A stretch of DNA of 63,304 nt, counting the filler, from Chiloscyllium plagiosum (lineage: Eukaryota): the NCBI RefSeq assembly GCF_004010195.1. It is 7 parts of one record of this genome, joined end to end, with 100 filler letters (N's around TTAATTAATTAA, not from the genome) between each part and the next. Parts side by side here need not be neighbours in the genome. Positions count along the whole stretch, not along the records: positions 50,229 to 56,780 come from NC_057710.1; positions 56,881 to 61,218 come from NC_057710.1; positions 61,319 to 63,304 come from NC_057710.1; 4 more parts are not named here. The stretch is one strand, 5' to 3'. The notes below the pieces were generated by a model, which was given only the letters and a program-made list of their open reading frames with translations, had not been told where the DNA came from and made no database searches. Positions 50,988 to 62,445 of this stretch are shown here, piece after piece. Numbering within the stretch: position 1 is the stretch's first letter; the number at the start of each line of letters is the position of its first letter. Made by a program: the position numbers and the translations under genes.

Positions 50988-51610
50988 TCAGTTTAAATTT
51001 GACCCAGGCAGCAAAATCCAATCAAATTTGAATTTTACCATTTTGGAAGACATCAAACCAATGAAATGATCTGATGGAGTACTGAGAGAAAGGCGGTCGA
51101 GGAAGAGATAGGAGAGTAGAAGCAGATGCCAAGAAGGAAGGGGAGGGGAGCTGGGAATGGAAGAAGGGTCTGGGACATTTTGAACAGTTTGAGGGAGAAC
51201 AGCAAAGAGCAGCCAAGCAAGCAACATCTGCCAGCAGAATAGCTTTCTGAAAGGTACCTGTCCATGAGATGTTTGTGCAGCAGAACACTGAAGCCAACCA
51301 GAGAAATCTACACAGAAAGTTTGACATCCGAGGACGATAACTGGGTTTGAAAGTGATTTTGCCGTAAACTTAAGAGGGAATTTATTAGATCAGTATTATA
51401 GAGTCGGGGGAGGTCAAAAATAGGTTTAAGAGATAGGAGTTGTAAATATTATTGTTTACTGTTCGCTTTTGGAGTTAAAGAATAAAACTGTTAATTTTTT
51501 TCTTTAAATAGTGAGATCCTGGATAGTTCTTTGCCTCTCGATTACAGCATGAGGTGAGCATTTGTGCGTCAGGTTTAAATTAGCAGTGGGGTTTAGCCCG
51601 TGTTGTAACA
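50988..51610 (+). mobile_element. 5'-truncated LTR related to 6345-7577
   Basis: ccaatcagtttaaatt, accaatga.atgatctga, tttctttaaatagtg, terminal tgttgtaaca shared with the first LTR. Confidence 0.8.
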
Positions 51611-51974
51611 GATTCTCCATCAGAGTACCACCACATCAGTTTCTGAAGGGGTTTCTCTGGATTCAAAATATTTTCTCTGTTTCTCTCTCCAGTGATTCTG
51701 CCAGACCTGCTGAGATTTATCAGCATTTTCTGTTTTTATTTCAGATTTCCAGCATCCACAGTTCTTTATTTTATTTCAATGACGAGTTCTTCCCTCTTTC
51801 TGCTGCCTCTCACCTTTTTAAATCTCCTTCCCAGACCCTTCTTCCATTCCCAGCTCCCCTCCCCTTCCTTCTTGGCATCTGCTTCTACTCTCCTATCTCT
51901 TCCTCGACCTCCTTTCTCTCACTTTAACCCAATTCCTCATGCTTGTATTCCCTTCACCTTGCCTATGTCAGTGT

Positions 51975-52300
51975 GATTAGATTCCTTACAGTATGGAAAC
52001 AGGCCCTTCAGACCAATAAGTCCACACTAACCCTCTGAAGAGCAACCCACCCAGACCCATTCTCTACCCTATATTTATCCCTGACTAATGACCCATCCCA
52101 TTGTGCAATTTAGCAAGGCAATTCACCTGACCAGCATATCTTTGGACTGTGGGAGGAAACCGGAGCACCCGGAGGAAACCCACGCAGACACGGGGAGAAT
52201 GTGCAAGCTCCACACAAACAGTCACTCGAGGCTGGAATCAAACCCAGGTACCTGGCGCTGTGAGGCAGCAGTGCTAACCACTGAGCCACCGTGCCACCCA
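51975..52300 (-). mobile_element. HE1-type V-SINE, full length
   Basis: Homologous to 7016-7329. Confidence 0.92.
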
Positions 52301-53087
52301 TATTGATGTTCAATGGTATCAAGTAGAGAATATCAGAGAGGAGGAACATTTAGGAAATAGCAATCAGAAGAAAATTTGATTTGATTTGATTCATTTATTG
52401 TCATATGTATTTTGTTACAAAATACAGTGAAAAGTGTTGTATAGTGTCACCATTCTCCAGTGTCACCTTAAAACACAGAAAAACAAACCAAAACAGAATG
52501 TAATGACAGAAAAATGAAGAAATAAAGAAAAAATGTTCAACTTTACAGTCCTTGTTGTGAAATGCTCTGCCATAGGCCATGGGTCTAGTGGCCGAACATG
52601 AATTCCCCTTACCATGTTACTGGCATTGGAACAAACGTTGCCCCTCTTCAGCTCCATCTCACCTCCACCAACAACCTCACCAATAAAAGTAAATGAGAAA
52701 ATGCTGGAAAATCTCAGCAGGTCTGGCAGCATCTGTAAGGAAAGAAAAGAGCTGACATTTCGAGTCTAACTGACCCTTTGTCAAACCTCACCAATAAGAT
52801 TCCTCGATGGACCTCACTAATACTGTCAGTTACCACACCGGCCTCAACTCGACAGCACCACCACCGTGAGTTGCTTTGAGCACACCTCATCAATGCATCT
52901 GCTGCCAATGCCACTAGTTCTCATAATGGGCCCAAACTCAGCTCTGCCACCACCTCTATGAATCTGTCCTGGACACAGATGCTGCCAGGAAACACAAACT
53001 TGCAACAGACATGAGTCAGCACTAGGACTGCCTTAATGATGCAGAAACTGCTGGGAACACAAATTCTCTCCAATGCCATTGCCACAA

Positions 53088-56000
53088 GTCCGTGCTGCTG
53101 GGCCTGCTCCATTCCCTGCTGCTGGGCCTGCTCCATTCCCTGCTGCTGAGCCAGCTCCAGTGTGTGCTGCTGGGCCTGTTCTAGTCTGTGCTGCTGGGCC
53201 TGCACCAGTCCGTGCTGCTGGGCCTGCTCCAGTCCGTGCTGCTGGGCCTGCTCCATTCCCTGCTGCTGAGCCAGCTCCAGTCCGTGCTGCTGGGCCTGCT
53301 CCAGTCTGTGCTGCTGGGCCTGCACCAGTCCGTGCTGCTGGGCCTGTTCCAGTCTGTGTTGCTGGGTCTGCTCCAGTCCGTGCTGCTGGGCCTGCTCCAG
53401 TCCGTGCTGCTGGGCGTGCTCCATTCCCTGCTGCTGAGCCAGCTCCAGTCCGGGCTGCTGGGCCTGCTCCAGTCCGTGCTGCTGGGCCTGCTCCAGTCCG
53501 TGCTGTTGGGCCTGCACCAGTCTGTGCTGCTGAGCCAGCTCCAGTCTGTGCTGCTGGGCCTGCTCCAGTCTGTGCTGCTGGGCTTGCTCCAGTCCGTGCT
53601 GCTGGGCCTGTTCCAATCTGTGCTGCTGGGCCTGCTCCAGTCTGTGCTGCTGGGCCTGCTCCAGTCCGTGCTGCTGGGCCTGCTCCAGTCTGTGCTGCTG
53701 AGCCTGTTCCAGTCTGTGCTGCTGGGCCTGCTCCAGTCTGTGCTGCTGGGCCTGCTCCAGTCCGTGTTGCTGGGCCTGTTCCAGTCTGTGCTGCTGGGCC
53801 TGCTCCAGTCCGTGCTGCTGGGCCTGTTCCAGTCTGTGCTGCTGGGCTTGCACCAGTCCGTGCTGCTGGGCCTGTTCCAGTCTGTGTTGCTGGGTCTGCT
53901 CCAGTCCGTGCTGCTGGGCCTGCTCCAGTCCGTGCTGCTGGGCCTGTTCCAGTCCGTGCTGCTGGGCCTGTTTCAGTTCGTGCTGTTGGGCCTGTGCCGG
54001 TCCATGCTGCTGGGCCTGTGCCTGTCCGTGCTGCTCGGTCAGCTCCAGTCCGTGCTGCTGGGCCTGCTCCATTCCGTGCTGCTGGGCCTGCTCTGGTCCA
54101 TGCTGCTGGGCCTGTGCCAGTCCATGCTGCTGGGCCTGTGCCTGTCCGTGCTGCTGGGTCAGCTCCAGTCTGTGCTGCTGGGCCTGCTCCAGTCCGTGCT
54201 GCTGGGCCTGCTACAGTCCGTGCTGCTCTGCCTGTTCCAGTTCGTGATGCTGGGCCTGCTCCATTCCGTGCTGCTGGGCTGTTCCAGTCTGTGCTGCTGG
54301 ACCTGTTCCAGTCTGTGCTGCTAGGCCTATTGCAGTCCGTGCTGCTGGGCCTGTTCCGGTCNNNNNNNNNNNNNNNNNNNNNNNNNNNNNNNNNNNNNNN
54401 NNNNNNNNNNNNNNNNNNNNNNNNNNNNNNNNNNNNNNNNNNNNNNNNNNNNNNNNNNNNNNNNNNNNNNNNNNNNNNNNNNNNNNNNNNNNNNNNNNNN
54501 NNNNNNNNNNNNNNNNNNNNNNNNNNNNNNNNNNNNNNNNNNNNNNNNNNNNNNNNNNNNNNNNNNNNNNNNNNNNNNNNNNNNNNNNNNNNNNNNNNNN
54601 NNNNNNNNNNNNNNNNNNNNNNNNNNNNNNNNNNNNNNNNNNNNNNNNNNNNNNNNNNNNNNNNNNNNNNNNNNNNNNNNNNNNNNNNNNNNNNNNNNNN
54701 NNNNNNNNNNNNNNNNNNNNNNNNNNNNNNNNNNNNNNNNNNNNNNNNNNNNNNNNNNNNNNNNNNNNNNNNNNNNNNNNNNNNNNNNNNNNNNNNNNNN
54801 NNNNNNNNNNNNNNNNNNNNNNNNNNNNNNNNNNNNNNNNNNNNNNNNNNNNNNNNNNNNNNNNNNNNNNNNNNNNNNNNNNNNNNNNNNNNNNNNNNNN
54901 NNNNNNNNNNNNNNNNNNNNNNNNNNNNNNNNNNNNNNNNNNNNNNNNNNNNNNNNNNNNNNNNNNNNNNNNNNNNNNNNNNNNNNNNNNNNNNNNNNNN
55001 NGTGCTGCTGGGCCTGCTCCAGTCTGTGCTGCTGAGCCTGTTCCAGTCTGTGCTGCTGGGCCTGTTCCAGTTTGTGCTGCTGGGCCTGCTCTGGTCCGTG
55101 CTGCTGGGCCAGTTACAGTCCGTGCTGCTGGACCTGTTCTGGTCCATGCTGCTGGGCCTGTTCCGGTCTGTGCTGCTGGGCCTGCTCCATTCCGTGCTGC
55201 TGGGCCTGTTCCATCCATGCTGCTGGGCCTGTTAAAGTCCGTGCTGCTGGGTCTGCTCAATTCCGTGCTGCTGGGCCAGTTACAGTCCGTGCTGCTGGAC
55301 CTGTTCTGGTCCATGCTGCTGGGCCTGTTCCGGTCTGTGCTGCTGGGCCTGCTCCATTCCGTGCTGCTGGGCCTGTTCCATCCATGCTGCTGGGCCTGTT
55401 AAAGTCCGTGCTGCTGGGTCTGCTCAATTCCGTGCTGCTGGGCCAGTTACAGTCCGTGCTGCTGGGTCTGTTCTGGTCCATGCTGCTGGGCTTTTTCCAG
55501 TCTGAACTGCAGGGCCTGCTCCATTCCATGCTGCTGGGTCTGTTCCAGTCTGTGCTGCTGGGCCTGCTTCAGTCAGTGCTGCTGGGCCTGTTCCAGTCTG
55601 TGCTGCTGGGTCTGTTATAGTCCGTGCTGTTGGGCCTGTTCCAGTCCGTGCTGCTGGGCCTGCTCCATTTCATGCTGGTGGGCCTGTTACAGTCTGTGCT
55701 GCTGGGCCTGCTCCATTTCATGCTGCTGGGCCTGTTACAGTCCGTGCTGCTGGGCCTGTTACAGTCTGTGCTGCTGGGCCTGCTCCAGTCAGTGCTGCTG
55801 GACCTGTTCCAGTCTGTGCTGCTGGACCTGTTCCAGTCTGTGCTGCTGGGCCTGCTCCAGTCCGTGCTGCTGGGTCTGTTCCAGTCTGTACTGCTGGGCT
55901 TGCTCCATTCCATTCTGCTGGGCCTGTTACAGTCCATGCTGCTGGGCCTGCTCCATTCCATTCTGTTGGGCCTGTTACAGTCCGTGCTGCTCTGCCTGTT

Positions 56001-56570
56001 CCAGTTCGTGATGCTGGGCCTGTTCCAGTCTGTGCTGCTGAGCCTGTTCCAGTCTGTGCTGTTGGGCCTGTTCCAGTCTGTGCTGTTGGGCCTGTTCCAG
56101 TCTGTGCTGCTGGGCCTGTTCCAGTCTGTGCTGCTGGGCCTGTTCCAGTCTGTGCTGTTGGGCCTGTTCCAGTCTGTGCTGTTGGGCCTGTTCCAGTCTG
56201 TGCTGCTGGGCCTGTTCCAGTGCGTGCTGCTGGGCCTGTTCCAGTCTGTGATGCTGGGCCTGTTCCAGTCTGTGCTGCTGGGCCTGTTACAGTCCGTGCT
56301 GCTGGGCCTGTTCCAGTCCGTGCTGTTGGGCCTGTTCCAGTCTGTGCTGCTGGGCCTGTTCCAGTCTGTGCTGCTGGGCCTGCTCCAGTCAGTGCTGCTG
56401 GGCCTGTTCCAGTCAGAGCTGCTGGGCCTGCTCCAGTCCGTGCTGCTGAGCCTGCTCCAGTCTGTGCTGCTGGGCCTGTTCCAGTCAGAGCTGCTGGGCC
56501 TGCTCCAGTCCGTGCTGCTGAGCCTGCTCCAGTCAGTGCTGCTGGGCCTGTTCCAGTCAATGCTGCTGGG
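53088..56570. repeat. 24-bp tandem array, consensus GTGCTGCTGGGCCTGYTCCAGTCY (gap at 54362-55001)
   Basis: Directly visible periodicity; over 115 sequenced units; local 167-bp higher-order duplication (55211 vs 55378). Confidence 0.97.
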
Positions 56571-57240
56571 TAAAAACAATGACTGCAGATGCTGGAAACC
56601 AGATTCTGGATTAGTGGTGCTGGAAGAGCACAGTAGTTCAGGCAGCATCCAAGGAGCTTCGAAATCGACGTTTCGGGCAAAAGCCCTATATCAGGAATAA
56701 AGGCAGAGAGCCTGAAGCGTGGAGAGAAAAGCTAGAGGAGGGGGGGGGTGGGGAGAAAATAGCATAGAGTACAATGGGTGNNNNNNNNNNNNNNNNNNNN
56801 NNNNNNNNNNNNNNNNNNNNNNNNTTAATTAATTAANNNNNNNNNNNNNNNNNNNNNNNNNNNNNNNNNNNNNNNNNNNNGTCCAGGAGGGGGAGGGAGG
56901 TGTCAGAGATGGTCCAGGTAAATTTAAGGTCAGGGTGGAATGTGTTGGTGAAGTTGATGAATTGCTCAACCTCCTCGCGGGAGCACGAGATGGCACCAAT
57001 GCAGTCATCAATGTCGCGGAGGAAGAGGTGGGGAGTGGTGCCGGTGTAATTACAGAAGATCAACTGTTCTACGTAGCCAACAAAGAGACAGACATAGCTG
57101 GGGCCCATACGTGTGCCCATGGCTACCCCTTTGGTCTGGAGGAAGTGGGAGGATTCAAAGGAGAAATTGTTAAGGGTGAGGACCAGTTCAGCCAAACGAA
57201 TGAGCGTGTCGGTGGAAGGGTACTGTTGGGGACGTCGGGA
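56571..57240 (-). mobile_element. Penelope-like family A pLTR (56571-56780) and RT core (56881-57240)
   Basis: ELVLTLNNFSF..FLQTKGVAMGTRMGP..FLRDIDDC..HPDLKFTW. Confidence 0.9.
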
Positions 57241-57319
57241 GGCTTGCAGCAATCCGCCGGCACCTAACCTCTTTACAGTCAGCCCTGCCTTAGCTGAGGG
57301 CCACACTCTGTGCTCTGTC

Positions 57320-58995
57320 CCCTGGGTAGTTAAATTGACATACGAGTCGTCCGTGCACTATTGGGTTTTGAGTCCCCCGGGTGAGTTTAATTGAGGTTCA
57401 AGTGCTCTCCGTAGTCTTGGGGTTCAAGGGTGGATTAACTCTGGGCTTCAGTCCTCTGTGCATTGTTGGGGTTTAATTCCGCTGTGTGGGTTTAATTGGG
57501 GTTCGAGTCCCGTGGGTGGGTTTAATTGATGTTCGAGCCCTCCACGCTGTATTGGAGTTCGTGTCCCCTGAGTGGGTTAAATTGAGGTTCAAATGTTCTG
57601 CGCTGTATTGGGGTTCAAGTGTCCTTGTGGGTTAAATTTTGGTTCAAGTTCACTGTGCTTTATTGGTACTCGTGTCCCCTGGGTGGTTTTAATTGAGGTT
57701 CAAGTGCTCTGTGCTGTATTGGGGTTCAATCCCCTGGGTGGGTTAAGTTGAGGTTCAAGTGCTCTGCACTTTATTGGGGTTCGAGATCCCTCAGTAGGTT
57801 AAACTGAGCTTCAAGTGCTCTTTGTAGTAATGGGGTTCGAGTCCCCTGGGTGAGCTAAATTGAGGATTGAGTGCTCAGGATAGTGTTGGGGTTCAATCCC
57901 CTGGGTGGGTTTAATTGAGGTTCGAGCGCTCTGCGCAATATTGGGGTTTGAATCCCCTAGTTGTGGTAAATTGATGTTCGAGAGCTCTATGCAGTGTTGG
58001 GGTTCGAGACCGCTGCATGGGTTTAATTGAGGTTCAACTGCACTGCGCAGTATTGGGGTTCAAGTCCCCTCGGTCGGATTATTTGAAGATTGAGTGCTCC
58101 ATGCTATATTGGAGTTCGAGTCCCCAGGCTGGGTTTAAATGAGGTTCTTGTCCTCTGTGCAGAATTGGCGATCGAGTCCCCTCTGCGGGTTAAATTGAGG
58201 ATCATGTGCTCTGCGCTGTGTTGGGGTTCGAGTCCCTCTGCGGGTTAAATTGAGGTTTAAGTGTTCTGCGCTGTGTTGGGGGTAAATGTCCCCTTGGTGG
58301 GTTTAAATGAGATTGGGGTCCTTTGTGCAGTATTGGGGTTCGAGTCCCCTGAGTGGGTTAAATTGAGGTTCAAGTGTTCTGCGCTGTATTGGGGTTCGCG
58401 TGTCCTTGTGGGTTAAATTTTGGTTCGAGTTCACTGCGCTGTATTGGTATTTGGGTCCCCAGTGTGGGTTTAATTGAGGTTCAAGTGCTCTGCGATGTAT
58501 TGGGGTTCAATCCCCTGGGTGGGTTAAATTGAAGTTGGAGAGATCTGTGCTGTATTGGGGTTCGGGTGCCCTCAGTGAGTTAAGTTGAGGTTTGAATGCT
58601 CTGCATTTATTGGGGTTCGAGATCCCGCAGTGGGTTAAATTGGAGTTCAAGTGCTCTGTGCAGTATTTTGGTTTGAATCCCCTGGGTGGGCTAAATTGAG
58701 GATCGAGTGCTCAGGACAGCGTTGGGGTTCAATCCCGTGGGTGGGTTTAATTGAGGTTCGAGTGCCCTGTGCTGCATTGGGGTTCGAGTCCCCTCTGTGG
58801 GTTAAAGTGAGATTCAAGTGCTCTGCGCTGTATTGGGGTTCAATCCCATGGGTGGGTTTAATTGAGGTTCGAGTTCTCTGTGCTGCATTGGGGTTCGAGT
58901 CCCCTCTGTGGGTTAAAGTGAGGTTCAAGTGCTCTGCGCTGTATTGGGGTTCAATCCCCTGGGTGGGTTTAATTGAGGTTCGAGTTCTCTGTGCA
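57320..58995 (+). repeat. ~55-bp tandem array (~30 units) with tRNA T-arm/B-box motif
   Basis: Consensus GGGGTTCGAGTCCCCTGGGTGGGTTAAATTGAGGTTCAAGTGCTCTGCGCTGTATT. Confidence 0.95.
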
Positions 58996-61218
58996 GCAGA
59001 GAGCGGAGGGAGCTGGGCAGAACTGAAGTTGGAGTGCAGAGGCTGTTGGGAAGGTGGGTGAGTGTTATTTAAGTAGGTTTGTTCTAGGCCTCAGGTCCTA
59101 CACAGTAGGGCCTCCTCTAACCTAAATTAAAAGTCCACAGACTTGCAACAAAACACGGGGGTCGAGGGAAGTGTCTGTTGAGAAAAGGACGAGTTTTTGG
59201 CTCAGGAGTCTTCGAAAAAGAAGTTGAGAGAAGTGATTAGGCCACAGTTGAAGAGGGTGAAGACATGACTGCCATGCTGATTCAGGGTACTGCGTGTATG
59301 ATGTGGGAGGTCAGGGACTCTGGTGTAGCTGGCTCGTATAACTGTGGAAAGTGTGTACACGTTCAGCTTCTGACAGAGCATATTGCAGCACTGAAGAAAG
59401 AACGAGATGACCTCAGGCTCATCCGAGAGAATGAGATCTTTCTAGACAGGACCTTCAGCGAGGTGATTACACTGAGCATATCAGAAGAGAGTAGAAGGGA
59501 GAAGACGATGAGGAAGGCAGATGAGACAGGTGCAAGAGACCCTGGGGGAAGTACCTGTCAGGAACAGGTTGAATCTCTTGGAAACCGTAGAGACAGGCGT
59601 CAGGTCTGCCAATCAAAAACTGGTGTGGAGGCAGAGCCGCGGAGTCATAACACAGAGCCGTAGTAATAGGGGACTTCATAGTGAGAAGGACTGAGAGGGG
59701 TTTCTGTGGCAGCAGGTGGGATTTGAGATGGTGTGTTGCCTTCCTGGTGCCAGGATTATGGACATCACAGACAGAGTGCAAGAAATCCTCAAGGGCGAAG
59801 GTGAAGAGCCAGAGGTGGTGGTACATGTTGGCACAAATGAAGTCGGGAAGAAGAGGAGGGACATTCTACAGCGGGACTTCGGAGAACTCGGAAGGCGGCT
59901 GAAAAGCAGGACATCCAGGGTGGTTATCTCAGGTTTGCTTCCAGTTCCTTGGGCTGGAGAGGACCAGGAACAGGGAGATAATGGACTTGAATGTGTGGCT
60001 GGGGAACTGGTCAGGAAGCAAGGATGTAAATTCTTGGATCACTGGGGTATGTTTTGCGGTAAGGATAAATTATACAAGAAGGACGGGTTGCACCTTAATA
60101 GGTGGGGGGCCAGCATTCTGGCAGGCAGCTTTGCCACTGCAACACAGCTGTGTTTAAACTAAATAGCGGGGGGGAGGGGACAAGCTGGAAGTTTAAGAAG
60201 GAAGTTAAAGGGAAAGTTAGAACAAGAGAAATCAAGAAAGACAATGGAATCAATGGAGCAGAAAATTCAAAAGAGGATCATGCCGTAAGATCAAGTTAAA
60301 TAGGGATTGATAGGAAGGGTGAGGGCAGTAGCAAATTAAAAATATTATATATGAATGCACAAAGCATTAGAAATAAGATGGATGAGCTTGAGGCTCATTT
60401 GGAAATTGGCAGTTACGATATTGTGGGGATAACTGAGACGTGGCTTCAAGTGGACAGGGCCTGGGAAATGAATATTCAAGGCTATACGTGCTATTGTAAG
60501 GACAGACTGACTAGCAGAGGGGGTGGGGTGGCCATGTTGGTAAGGAATGATATTCAGTCCCTTGCGTGGGGGGACCTAGAATCAGGGGCTTTTGCCCGAA
60601 ACGTCGATTTCGCTGCTCCTTGGATGCTGCCTGAACTACTGTGCTCTTCCAGCACCACTAATCCAGGATGTAGAGTCAGTGTGGATAGAGCTGAGAAATT
60701 CTAAGGGTAGAAAGACCCTCTTGGGAGTTATCTACAGGTCCCCAAACAGTAGTCTGGATGTCGGATGTAAGTTGAATCAGAAGCTGAAATTGGCCTGTCG
60801 CAAAGATATTACTACAGTTGTTATGTGGGATTTCAACATGCAGGTAGACTGGGAGAATCAGGACGTTACTGGACCCCAAGAAAGGGAGTTTGTGGAGTGC
60901 CTCCGAGATGGATTCTTAGAAGAGCTGGTGCTGGAGCTGACCAGGGAGAAGGCAATTCTGGATCTGGTGTTGTGCAATGAACTGGATTTGATCAGGGACG
61001 TGGAGTGCCTCCGAGATGGATTCTTAGAACAGCTTGTGCTGGAGCTGACCAGGGAGAAGGGAATTCTGGATCTGGTGTTGTGCAATGAACTGGATTTGAT
61101 CAGGGACGTCGAAGTAAAGGAGCCATTAGGAGGTAGTGACCACAATACAATAAGCTTTAATCTGGAGAGGGAAAGGGAGAGGGTACAATCGGAAGTGACA
61201 ATACTTCAGTTAATAAAG
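58996..61218 (+). mobile_element. CR1 5' half (5' UTR, ORF1, endonuclease) of a divergent subfamily
   Basis: ACMMWEV..YNCGKC, VCCLPGARIMD..VVVHVGTN..DGLHLN, MNAQSIRNKMDEL..GITETW; contains a pLTR piece (60586-60667) and a 108-bp tandem duplication (60893-61108). Confidence 0.9.
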
Positions 61219-61550
61219 NNNNNNNNNNNNNNNNNNNNNNNNNNNNNNNNNNNNNNNNNNNNTTAATTAATTAANNNNNNNNNNNNNNNNNNNNNNNNNN
61301 NNNNNNNNNNNNNNNNNNGGGGGACTGGGGACTGGGGAGGGCGGGGGCGGTATATGTAGGTGGGATTGGGAGGGCGGGGCAATAGTGGGAGTGACAGGTC
61401 AGTATGCGTAGGCGGGGCCATAGGGGGAGTGACGGGTTGGTATATGTATGTGGGGCCATAGGGGAGTGACTGGTCTGCACGTATGAAGATCTGGACTCCG
61501 GAAGGTGGATGGGTGTCTCTCAGTTCCGTGATCAGTCAATAAGCACTCAC

Positions 61551-61652
61551 AATCAGTCTGGTTCTTTAAGACGTCATTCTTTATTTCTTCATGCTGCCGC
61601 CTACACAGCATCCGGAAACACAGGTTATAAACTTCCGTGTTCCTCAGAGGAG
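61551..61652 (-). CDS. Candidate internal coding exon of an unidentified gene
   Basis: Minus strand ttctttgttttaatccatgtgtacag acceptor, GTGAGT donor, 102 bp, single open frame phase 1-1: PLRNTEVYNLCFRMLCRRQHEEIKNDVLKNQTD. Confidence 0.35.
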
Positions 61653-61699
61653 CTGTACACATGGATTAAAACAAAGAACTTTGCTTAAAGAAAGGTACA

Positions 61700-61795
61700 A
61701 AGCTGAAAATGTGTTGCTGGAAAAGCGCAGCAGGTCAGGCAGATCCAAGGAACAGGAGAATCGACGTTTCGGGCATAAGCCCTTCTTCAGGAAAG
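61700..61795 (-). mobile_element. Family A pLTR fragment with hammerhead (61763-61790)
   Basis: Minus strand CUGAAGA-A-GGGC-UUAU-GCCC-GAAACGUC. Confidence 0.8.
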
Positions 61796-61861
61796 GTACA
61801 GGCTATGATCACATAGTACATTCAGACAATTACTATTCAAATTACGATATAGCTTTTATTA

Positions 61862-62445
61862 GAGAGTTTTGAGAAGATTTGTAACTCAGGTTGAGGTTCT
61901 GGATGTAGGTTTGCTCTCTGAGCTGATAGGTTCACTTCCAGATTTTTTGCCACCCCACTAGGTAACATCTTCAGCGGCCTCAGGTGAAGTAGTGTATATG
62001 ATTCATGCTTTCTATTTATATGTTTGGTTTTGTTTGGGTTGGTGATGTTATTTCCTGTGGTGATGTCATTTCCTGTTCTTTTTCTCAGGGTGTAGTAGAT
62101 GGGATCTAACTCAATGTGTTTGTTGACAGAGTTCTGTTTGGTATGCCATGCTTCTAGGAATTCTTGTGCGTGTCTCTGTTTGGCTTGTCCTAAGATGGAT
62201 GTGTTGTCCCAGTCGAAGTGGTGTCCTTCCTTATCTGTATGTAAGGATACTAGTGAGAGAGGGTCATGTCGTTTTGTGGCTAGTTGATATTCATGTATCC
62301 TGGTGGCTAGTTTTCTGCCTGTTTGTCCAATGTAGTGTTTGTTACAGCCCTTTGTAAATTACATTAGTTTTGTTTGTTGTCTGTATAGGGTCTTTCAAGT
62401 TGATTAGCTGCTGTTTTTAATATGTTGGTGGGTTTGTGGGCTAGT
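61862..62445 (-). mobile_element. Penelope-like family B 3' portion
   Basis: Colinear with 13993-14545. Confidence 0.88.

Noticed and set aside
53033..56700. Long ORFs AAGPAPV, SSTDWNRP, LLGLFQSV
   Set aside because: Alternative frames of the 24-bp satellite, partly spanning N gaps.
57320..58995. CRISPR array or true tRNA gene cluster
   Set aside because: Inter-hairpin segments are homologous rather than unique spacers, no cas genes, eukaryotic context; units are too short and lack an acceptor stem for a cloverleaf.
60893..61108. In-frame 36-aa duplication in a CR1 endonuclease as a functional variant
   Set aside because: The element is already disrupted by a pLTR insertion and ORF1 frameshifts; a neutral local duplication is more likely.
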